Part shown: one piece after another, positions 37,986 through 45,898 of the stretch | Position numbering within the stretch: the stretch's first letter is position 1 | Layout: the number at the start of each line of letters is the position of its first letter | Translations under genes and position numbers: made by a program | IMG/VR virus record: IMGVR_UViG_3300047565_000205 | Coordinates: 1-47,743 of that record | Source of the DNA: a virus | Taxonomy: Duplodnaviria; Caudoviricetes | Direction: 5' to 3' (one strand) | DNA length: 47,743 bases | Notes under the pieces: generated by a model | What the model saw: the letters and a program-made list of their open reading frames with translations, nothing else | What the model was told of the DNA's origin: nothing | Databases searched by the model: none

Positions 37986-38453
37986 ATGAACGGAAAAAAT
38001 TTTGAAGAACATAGTTCCAAGTATAATATATCCCCATTATGGCATACAGAATTTAAGAAAGAATGGACAGAAGAAGAAATCACCGCAAATATAATTAAAG
38101 AAATAGGCTATGATATAATCAGACCGGCAAGAAATTATGTGTACGGTAAACTTTATAAAATGAGTAATGAAGGTATGACTATTCATTATGCTGAAGAAAC
38201 CATTATTAAAGATGTTTTAGAACAATCTGTATTTAAAATATTAGCTTTTGGTGAAGATTGTTTTAAAGATAAAGAATCTTTTCCTAATGGTCAGCGTTTT
38301 TATATAGGTCAATGGTATAAATTTTCTAAATACGAATATGATAAGTTTAAAGTTGGCGGTGAATATGTTGCTTTGTTACCTGACATTACTTTAAAAGCTC
38401 ATGTATGTGATCCGTATTATGTCGATCATTTGTTTTTAACGCCTTATATTTAA
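37986..38453 (+). CDS. Divergent GroES/Cpn10-like co-chaperonin
   Basis: IRPARNYV...KILAFGEDCFKDKESFPNG...GQWYKFSKY...KVGGEYVALL.D..L.A.V.DP follows the phage Cpn10 pattern; lies between portal and scaffold. Confidence 0.65.
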   Translation: MNGKNFEEHSSKYNISPLWHTEFKKEWTEEEITANIIKEIGYDIIRPARNYVYGKLYKMSNEGMTIHYAEETIIKDVLEQSVFKILAFGEDCFKDKESFPNGQRFYIGQWYKFSKYEYDKFKVGGEYVALLPDITLKAHVCDPYYVDHLFLTPYI

Positions 38454-38476
38454 TATCAACCTAGAGGAGACAACCA

Positions 38477-39544
38477 ATGGATGATAAAAGTAAATTTTTA
38501 GACGATGAAGAAGAGGCAATTTTAGAAGGAAGAATACCAACTACTCAGAAAGATCTTCAAGAAATCGTAGATAATCATTCAAATGATGATGATGCTAATG
38601 ATTTTGAGTTTGATGATCAAGAGGAAGAAGAAATAGATGTAGATTCTTTTGATGAAAGAAGCAGGCGTGATAAACAAGAAGAAATTGAAAATAATAGAAA
38701 GCTTGTAGAACGTTTAAATGCTTTAGAAGAGCAAGTTAATCAAAACAATGAAGAAAAATTAGCTAAAGAATATGAAATAATTCAGCAACGTAAACTTATT
38801 TATCAGCAACAAGCAGATAAAATGGCTTCTGATTATAAAAAAGTTCAAGATGATATTGAAACTGTTAAAGCTATTAAACGTGATGCAGAATTAAAAGAAG
38901 AAAAAACACGTATATTTCAAGCTGAAGACACTTTAGAAAAGCTAAATGAAGCGCGCTTTAATTTAGATCTGAAAATGCGAGAATTTGCTAAGCAAGCACC
39001 TCAAGAGTATTCTAGTGATGAAGAGTATATTACTGAGAATCGCCCTACTCCACGAAAACAATCTTCTAAATTTGATATTAATAAATTAGATCCTGATTCT
39101 AGAAATTTTGTTAAAGCTAACCCTTATATGAATCCATCTTCAGAACATTATGATCAAGGACTTGTTGATGAAACAATAGCAGTTATGGAAGATTTAAAGA
39201 AAAAATATGTGTTTAGTGGTAAAAAAGTTAAAGTTTATTCTGCTGGATTCTATAGAGAGGTAGAAGACGCTATGCATAATAAATATAGTACTCATGATGA
39301 AAGAATGCATAATTTAATAAATAATCCTATAACAGGTGTAAAAAGAAATGGAGATTTTATGAAAGATGGAAAAAATAAGAGTTTAGGAGTTTTAAATAAT
39401 ATGGCTAGACAATTAATTAAAAAAGTTGAAGTAAAAGATAAAAATGGAAAACCTTTAAATCCTGAACTTAAAGCTAAATTATATAAAAAATATAATGATA
39501 AACATCAAGAAAATAAAGCACATGAAAGAGGTTATTACTCATGA
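38477..39544 (+). CDS. Capsid scaffolding protein
   Basis: Very acidic N-terminus, long coiled coil, FVKANPY; upstream of the capsid genes. Confidence 0.65.
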   Translation: MDDKSKFLDDEEEAILEGRIPTTQKDLQEIVDNHSNDDDANDFEFDDQEEEEIDVDSFDERSRRDKQEEIENNRKLVERLNALEEQVNQNNEEKLAKEYEIIQQRKLIYQQQADKMASDYKKVQDDIETVKAIKRDAELKEEKTRIFQAEDTLEKLNEARFNLDLKMREFAKQAPQEYSSDEEYITENRPTPRKQSSKFDINKLDPDSRNFVKANPYMNPSSEHYDQGLVDETIAVMEDLKKKYVFSGKKVKVYSAGFYREVEDAMHNKYSTHDERMHNLINNPITGVKRNGDFMKDGKNKSLGVLNNMARQLIKKVEVKDKNGKPLNPELKAKLYKKYNDKHQENKAHERGYYS

Positions 39545-40068
39545 ATAATCATGAAAACAAAGAAGATGAAGTAAGTTTTAAAGCTATTAAAACTCGTTCT
39601 GATGATAAACGTAAAACTAAATTATCTTATGATGAGTATAGAACGACTATGATGAATAGTCGTCTTGGTAAATTACATATTCCAAAAGAAATAATTCCAT
39701 CTGATAAAATGTGGTTATTTGCAGATCTTAATCCTGCTAGTAAACGTGATTATCAAATGGAACTTATGGAAAAAGGATGGATACCTGTTAAAAAAAGTAT
39801 GCATCCATATTTTAATATTATTACTGAAAAGAATAAAAATAATAATGAAGATGTGGTAATAAGACATGGACAGATATTGATGGAAATAGATAAATATATC
39901 TGGGAATATCATGAGAAAGCTAATCATGAATTAGCACTTCAAGGCGCAGCTACCGCAGGTCGTAAACCTAATTATTCTCCAGCACGTCCTGGTTTATTTG
40001 AAAGGGCTGAGGGTAAAGTAAAAGAGTATAGTCATGTAAGACGTCCGGTTAGAGATGATGATTTCTAA
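39541..40068 (+). CDS. Conserved head-module hypothetical protein
   Basis: GWIPV...HGQILMEI pattern; between scaffold and capsid genes. Confidence 0.55.
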   Translation: MNNHENKEDEVSFKAIKTRSDDKRKTKLSYDEYRTTMMNSRLGKLHIPKEIIPSDKMWLFADLNPASKRDYQMELMEKGWIPVKKSMHPYFNIITEKNKNNNEDVVIRHGQILMEIDKYIWEYHEKANHELALQGAATAGRKPNYSPARPGLFERAEGKVKEYSHVRRPVRDDDF

Positions 40069-40069
40069 T

Positions 40070-40146
40070 GGAAATCCTAATCGTTGCTCTAACTAGTTTA
40101 AAATTAAGCATTCAATTTAATGGATTTATAAAAGATTAGGATTTCC
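40070..40146. repeat. Perfect 13-bp inverted repeat with a 51-nt loop
   Basis: ggaaatcctaatc (40070-40082) / gattaggatttcc (40134-40146). Confidence 0.85.
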
Positions 40147-40230
40147 TATTTTTATTTATAAACAAATTATAGTTTAAATCAAAATATTTTATTTTTTATT
40201 TTTCAAAAAATTAACTGTTATTACAAATTT

Positions 40231-40259
40231 TTGACATATCTTTGTTAGTTACCTACAAT
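40231..40259 (+). promoter_or_regulatory. Near-consensus sigma70 promoter for the capsid operon
   Basis: TTGACA-N17-TACAAT; AAGGAG RBS before 40307. Confidence 0.7.
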
Positions 40260-40306
40260 ATTAATATAGGTCGGAAAACTTATATTAATTAAAGGAGATA
40301 ACTAAC

Positions 40307-40954
40307 ATGGTAGCTTATAATCAAAATCAGGGAATGAATCCAGTAAAATCTTTTGCGGATCATCCTTATTCAGCAAATTTCTTATGGTATCCTATAGCAA
40401 GTGGATATAATGCAAACATTTTTGTAGGAAGTCCAGTAACAGTAGCAACAAACTCTGGTACAATTACTATTGGTGCAACTAATGCTCCAATACTTGGTTC
40501 AGCAAGAGCATTTAAAGATTTTACAACCGGTGGTACAGGAATAGTTGCACCAAGTGCAAATCAAGGAGTAATTCCAACAACAATACAACAATATTGGGTA
40601 AAAAATACAATTAAACCTACAGGTGTGCAAACATATGTTGCTGTTCAGGTTGATATGAATACTTTATATGATATGCAATCAAATTCAACAGATATGCCTA
40701 CTGGTTTTCCAGTAATAAGTTTATTTGATGGAGCAAACTTTTCAAGTCAACTTAATTTTTCAGCAGGTGATGGTAATATTTCAACAGGTTATTCAACAGC
40801 CGAGATTAGACAACTAATAACTACCCCTGCTGCTACAACAAATTTTCAAGTGATTAATTTATCACCAAACAATGGAAATGCATGGAGCACAATAAGTAAT
40901 AATGTATTGGTAAAAATCAATGCAAGCATTTGCTACCCATCATTAACAATATAA
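40307..40954 (+). CDS. Capsid decoration / minor head protein
   Basis: Y.IASGY..NIF.G.PV; beta-rich; immediately before the MCP. Confidence 0.6.
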   Translation: MVAYNQNQGMNPVKSFADHPYSANFLWYPIASGYNANIFVGSPVTVATNSGTITIGATNAPILGSARAFKDFTTGGTGIVAPSANQGVIPTTIQQYWVKNTIKPTGVQTYVAVQVDMNTLYDMQSNSTDMPTGFPVISLFDGANFSSQLNFSAGDGNISTGYSTAEIRQLITTPAATTNFQVINLSPNNGNAWSTISNNVLVKINASICYPSLTI

Positions 40955-40981
40955 TTAAAACATTTAAGAGGAGATATTTAA

Positions 40982-41884
40982 ATGGCACAAGTAACAAGAT
41001 CGCAAATTATAAATTTTATGTGGCCTGGATTAAGCTTAGTATTATGTGATGCTAAATATTATGAAAGCTTATATAAAAAGTATTTTAAGTTAGTTCCAAC
41101 TAAAAAAGCATTTGATATAGTTGTTGAATATGCACCAATGGGATATGCGAAAGCAATGAACGAAGGTGAAGCATATGAACTACAAACTAACTTCATTATT
41201 AATAAAACGCAGTACGATCATACCAGCTTTAGTAGCGCGATAGAATTCACTTTCGAATCAATAGACGATAATTTATATACCGATGAGTTTCCAAATGCTG
41301 GAGAACAAATTAAAGCTTCTTTAGTATTAACTCGTGACGTGAATGCAACTAACGTATTTAATTTTGCGTTTAATAATACTAATCCAATCGGTGATGGTCA
41401 AGCATTTGCATCAACTCAACATCCAACAGCAGTTGGTGTGTATTCTAATGTTCTTTCTCCTGCTACTTTTAGTGAGACAGCTCTTACAGATATGATCACA
41501 ATTGCTCAGACATTACCTGATGCTGCTGGTAAAGTATTAAATTATGAAGGTGATAAATTACTTTGTTCACCAACTCTTCAATATGATGTGGCTCGAGTGT
41601 TATTTAATGCCGAACGTCCTGGTACTGCTAATCGTGATATCGGTGTTGTATATCATCAAGGATTTGTAAAAGGTGGTTACGTGGTTAATCCTTATTTAAC
41701 TAATCCTAACTCATTTTTCTTATTTACAACATGTCCAAACGGATTGCTTTTTTATGAGAAAAACATGGCTGAAGTATCTTCATGGATGGATGAAAAGAAT
41801 AGAACTGTTGGTATGGGTGGTTTTGATCGTTATTCAAGCGGTCCAAGTAATGCTAGGTCAACTATTTGTTGTCAAGGTTTTTAA
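40982..41884 (+). CDS. Major capsid protein (HK97 fold, Mu gpT-like family)
   Basis: WPGL, EGEA, ESIDDNLY, GDGQAFASTQHP, RPGTANRDI, NPYLT, RYS.G. Confidence 0.85.
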   Translation: MAQVTRSQIINFMWPGLSLVLCDAKYYESLYKKYFKLVPTKKAFDIVVEYAPMGYAKAMNEGEAYELQTNFIINKTQYDHTSFSSAIEFTFESIDDNLYTDEFPNAGEQIKASLVLTRDVNATNVFNFAFNNTNPIGDGQAFASTQHPTAVGVYSNVLSPATFSETALTDMITIAQTLPDAAGKVLNYEGDKLLCSPTLQYDVARVLFNAERPGTANRDIGVVYHQGFVKGGYVVNPYLTNPNSFFLFTTCPNGLLFYEKNMAEVSSWMDEKNRTVGMGGFDRYSSGPSNARSTICCQGF

Positions 41885-41899
41885 TTTAAAGAGGTTATA

Positions 41900-42715
41900 A
41901 TGGTTTTTTCATTAACTACACAAAATAAATTTTATCAACCTAATAATTTCGGTAATTTAATTAGTATCGGTACAGTACAGGCTCAGGCTTTAAATGGAAT
42001 GCAAGTGGGTATTCCACAACCTCAGTTAGGTTGTATTTCTGTTATCCCTTTAGCTGCTACTAATAATAATTTAGCAGCAGCAGTAACTGCTCCAACTGTT
42101 GCTTCTTATATACCTCTTACAGCTGGAACTGGTGTAACGACAGTATCTGGTATTTATAATGTGTTTACTAATACAACTGACACAATTTATTTTTTTGATA
42201 CTCCACGTGCAGTAACTATTACCTTAGGCACAGGAGCTACTCCTACTACTTTTACTGTGTGGGGATTTGATCAAGATGATCTATTTATGACTGAACAAAT
42301 TTCTGCTGTTGCAGCTGCTACTACTTCCGGTAAAAAAGCTTTTGCAGGTGTTACTAGAGTTTGGGCAGGTGGTGCAACTATTACTGTTGTATCTGTAGGA
42401 ACAAGTGGTGTTATCGGTCTTCCTTATGTATTAAATAATGTTAATAGAATTATTAATGGTAATTTTGGAATACCGACTGTAATTGCTGCAATTCCAGCAA
42501 CTGGTATAGGTACTAATTACACAATTGCTGATCAGACGGCACCAGCAACAGCAATTACCGGAGATATTAGAGGTACGGTTTTACTTCCTAGTGCTGCTGA
42601 TGGGATTAAAAGACTTATTGTAACATGGATTATGGCAGCAATTCCATTTGAAGTAAATCAACAAACTTATAAAACTGTTTATGGACTACCTCAATACGCA
42701 GCTCCTTATAATTAA
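41900..42715 (+). CDS. Virion structural protein (Thr/Ala/Gly-rich)
   Basis: PRAVTIT...FTVWGFD....MTEQI domain shared with the next gene. Confidence 0.6.
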   Translation: MVFSLTTQNKFYQPNNFGNLISIGTVQAQALNGMQVGIPQPQLGCISVIPLAATNNNLAAAVTAPTVASYIPLTAGTGVTTVSGIYNVFTNTTDTIYFFDTPRAVTITLGTGATPTTFTVWGFDQDDLFMTEQISAVAAATTSGKKAFAGVTRVWAGGATITVVSVGTSGVIGLPYVLNNVNRIINGNFGIPTVIAAIPATGIGTNYTIADQTAPATAITGDIRGTVLLPSAADGIKRLIVTWIMAAIPFEVNQQTYKTVYGLPQYAAPYN

Positions 42716-42724
42716 AATGGAAAT

Positions 42725-43420
42725 TTGCTAATGAAAATTCAAGTACTTAATAGTTATTTAGCTGCTAATACTACATTTTATGCTGCTGTTCAAAGTAGAA
42801 CAGGTGCTGGAGCATTAGTACTTAATTATGCTGCTCTTAATGCAGATGCTAATATTGTTGTGTCTACTTCTGAGTGGAATAGAAAAGTTACTTTTACTTC
42901 TGTTGCAAATAACTCAGCAACTAACGTTACTATTATTGGTAATGATGTATTTGGAAATATTGTTACTGAAGTTTTAGCTGGATCTAATAATAATACAGTA
43001 ACTTCAATCCAATATTATAGTACGATAACTTCTCTAATTACTAACGGAAATATTACTAATATGAGTGTTGGTTTTGGTATTTCAGCTCAATCTCTTCCTT
43101 TTAAAATGTCAATGAATGTTTCAAAAGCTCAATGGGCGGTTCAAACTGTTGTAGGAGGAACAATAAATTATGATTTACAATATACATTATTTCCTTTTGA
43201 AAACTATACTTCCCCACCAACATTTGATTTTACAAATAATTGGCTTAATATTCCCATTATAGCACCTGGAGGAAATACTGGTATAGGTACAGTAATTGCT
43301 GCTCTCACTACTTCACAATATTTAAATTTTGCAGCACCTGTTTATGCAATTAGATTTGTAATTAATTCTGGTACTGCTCCTACATTTCAAGCATTTATAG
43401 CACAGCAAGGAACCTTATAA
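42725..43420 (+). CDS. Virion structural protein, partial paralogue of the preceding gene
   Basis: RKVTFTS...VTIIGND.FG..VTEVL. Confidence 0.6.
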   Translation: MLMKIQVLNSYLAANTTFYAAVQSRTGAGALVLNYAALNADANIVVSTSEWNRKVTFTSVANNSATNVTIIGNDVFGNIVTEVLAGSNNNTVTSIQYYSTITSLITNGNITNMSVGFGISAQSLPFKMSMNVSKAQWAVQTVVGGTINYDLQYTLFPFENYTSPPTFDFTNNWLNIPIIAPGGNTGIGTVIAALTTSQYLNFAAPVYAIRFVINSGTAPTFQAFIAQQGTL

Positions 43421-43431
43421 AGGAGAGTTAA

Positions 43432-44517
43432 GTGGCAATTACTCTGAACCCTTTTATAAATGTAACAGCAAATGAAATTATTATAGAGTCTTTTGAACGT
43501 ATTGGTTTAACTTTACCTGAATTAGTTGGAAATCCTCTTATTAGTGCAATAAATTCTTTAAATATTTTACTTACTGATTGGGCAAAATATAATAATCTTT
43601 ATAGTATTCAACCGTTTATGGTTAATTTGACAACTGGTCAAAAAAGTTATCAATTGCCTATTGGAACTGCTGATGTTCCTGAGCGAGAAGTATCGATAGC
43701 TAATATCACCAGACAACTAGGGGGTGTTGCTAGTAGCAGTTCAGGAGTTGCACAAAATGCTTTTGACGGTAATAGTACAACTTCTTGTACACAAACTGCG
43801 TCTAACGGTTATATAGCTTATAATTTTAATAATAATCCTGGTTTTGCTCTTGATTATATTGGAATTCAATCTAATACTACGCAGCAATATACATTAGCAA
43901 TAGAATATTCTTTTGATAATAGTAATTGGATCAATATTTATCCAGTTATTAATAATCAAAATCCACCAACTACTGGTCTACAAACATATCTTGCCGGTCA
44001 GCAAGTTTGGTATGTAAATAAAGTTGCGCAATTAGCTCCTTATTGGCGTATTAGAGAAACAAACGGAGCTACTTTAGATATCCAAGAGCTCTATTTTTGT
44101 ACGCATAATATTTCAAGACAAATAAGTTTACTTAGTCGTAGTCAATATTTAGGAATAGCAACCAAAGATTTAACAGGAAGTGTTTCAAGTTATTTATTAA
44201 ACAGAGATATTAATCCTTCAATTATTTTATGGCCTGTCCCTGATGGAAAGCTTGATTATCCTTATCTTATTCTTAATTTAAAAGTCTTGAGTCCTCAGAT
44301 TATTTATCTGACGGATATATTGAATATTCCTAATAGATTTTATGAAGCTTTCTGTGCAAATTTAGCTTTAAAACTTGCACAGAAAGATAAAATAATGGGT
44401 ATTGAAATATCACCTGATAAAATGGCTAATTTAATGCAATCAGCTGTAAAATCTATGGAAGATATCGAGCAAGAAGATACCGAACATGCACCATATATTT
44501 TTCAGTTTAATTTATGA
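43432..44517 (+). CDS. Head-tail adaptor with an inserted discoidin (F5/8 type C)-like domain
   Basis: EIIIESFERIG...SLNILLTDW and LWPVPD...IPNRF flank AFDGNSTT...IEYSFD..NW...YWRI. Confidence 0.65.
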   Translation: MAITLNPFINVTANEIIIESFERIGLTLPELVGNPLISAINSLNILLTDWAKYNNLYSIQPFMVNLTTGQKSYQLPIGTADVPEREVSIANITRQLGGVASSSSGVAQNAFDGNSTTSCTQTASNGYIAYNFNNNPGFALDYIGIQSNTTQQYTLAIEYSFDNSNWINIYPVINNQNPPTTGLQTYLAGQQVWYVNKVAQLAPYWRIRETNGATLDIQELYFCTHNISRQISLLSRSQYLGIATKDLTGSVSSYLLNRDINPSIILWPVPDGKLDYPYLILNLKVLSPQIIYLTDILNIPNRFYEAFCANLALKLAQKDKIMGIEISPDKMANLMQSAVKSMEDIEQEDTEHAPYIFQFNL

Positions 44518-45224
44518 AATATAAAAAAAATCGTAAGTATCAACCTTATTCTTTCAGGAACCATAATCCTACCGCTAAATGTGATACATCTGGCTTTAAG
44601 ATTATGCATTATGATTTAAAAAAACAATATGAATGGTATGGTAATACTTTAACTTTTACTGGATTTTATGTTCATAAAGATTTTTTAACAGAACCTAATC
44701 CTCAAGGGAAGGTCCTTGCATTACCTGGAGATCCGTTTCCGGTTGATACTCCTCGTCCTTTCTACGTACAACCTACTGAGGCTATAACACTTAATAATAC
44801 TGGTAATACCGTAATTTATACTATTGGTAGTCCTTCGGTAATTCTTAATCCTAATATTACCATATCTCAAGCAAATGGTGCTACGGATTTAAGTACAGGT
44901 ATATTACAGGTGCTTATCTATGATAATGTAACTTTAGAAGATAATTTAACTGTTATAAGCGGTGGGTCGGTAATTGTTAGTGGAAATTATGTAATAGTTG
45001 GTGGAATAAATATAGGAACAATTCGCGGTGGAGGTAATGGAACACCACTTTATATATTATTACAACCAGGAGCTAATAATACTAATGCTTCAGCAATTTT
45101 ACAAAACATTAATTTTTTAACTTTTAATTCACAAATAATAAATAAAAGTGTAAAATTCATTGCAATGAATAATGCAGGTATAAATAGTGACGGAGGTTAC
45201 ACTAATGTACTTTGCCAAGAATAG
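44514..45224 (+). CDS. Neck-module protein fused to an adhesin-type Ig/cadherin-like domain
   Basis: N-terminal AKCDTSGF...PQ...DP.P...PRP; C-terminal YTIGSPSVIL...GGINIGTIRGG...AILQNINF. Confidence 0.55.
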   Translation: MKYKKNRKYQPYSFRNHNPTAKCDTSGFKIMHYDLKKQYEWYGNTLTFTGFYVHKDFLTEPNPQGKVLALPGDPFPVDTPRPFYVQPTEAITLNNTGNTVIYTIGSPSVILNPNITISQANGATDLSTGILQVLIYDNVTLEDNLTVISGGSVIVSGNYVIVGGINIGTIRGGGNGTPLYILLQPGANNTNASAILQNINFLTFNSQIINKSVKFIAMNNAGINSDGGYTNVLCQE

Positions 45225-45244
45225 GAGGACAGTAAGAGACAACT

Positions 45245-45898
45245 ATGCCGCTAGCCCAAAATGATTATTTTGGATTGGTCAATGATATACAGCAATATAT
45301 GCAAAATTCTTCATTGTCTTTATCCAATGAAATACCAAGATTTATATCTAATGCTCAACAATCTATTGCGCTTGATTTAAAATCTATTGAAGATCGAGTT
45401 ACCAGAGATTTTACTTTAGAGGCTAGTCAACCGACTTTCCCAAAACCTATTGATTATAAAAATCTATCTACATTTTATATTTTTACTGCTGATCTTGTAA
45501 CACCATTAGTTTATAATATTTTAACACCGCTTAAATCAGCATCATTAGATTATTGTTATAAATATAGTCCTAATCAATCAATATTAGGACAGCCTAAATA
45601 TATTGCCGAAGCAGATGTTTATAATTTTTTTATAACACCAACTCCTAAGCAGAATTATCAAGCTAGAATAATATATTATCAATTGCCTTTAGCACTTAGT
45701 GAGCTTACACCGACTAATACTTTAACTAATAATGCTTATAACCTATTGCTTTATCGCTGTTTACTTGAAGCTATTCCTTATGAGAAAGCTGATGAACGTA
45801 CTAAATATGACCAATTATACACCGATACTTTAGGTAAATATCAACGTGAAGAACAAATGCGCAAAACCTCAGGATATTTTACAAGGAGTTTACAATAA
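45245..45898 (+). CDS. Tail adaptor / connector protein (tail tubular A-like)
   Basis: Y..LV.DIQQY...IPRFI.NAQ..I, PTP...Y, LLLY.CL.EA. Confidence 0.65.
   Translation: MPLAQNDYFGLVNDIQQYMQNSSLSLSNEIPRFISNAQQSIALDLKSIEDRVTRDFTLEASQPTFPKPIDYKNLSTFYIFTADLVTPLVYNILTPLKSASLDYCYKYSPNQSILGQPKYIAEADVYNFFITPTPKQNYQARIIYYQLPLALSELTPTNTLTNNAYNLLLYRCLLEAIPYEKADERTKYDQLYTDTLGKYQREEQMRKTSGYFTRSLQ

Noticed and set aside
31703-39927. Nested or antisense ORFs 31703, 31854, 32319, 32813, 33291, 36380, 39715
   Set aside because: Fully overlap ParB-like, terminase, portal or head genes with no independent support.
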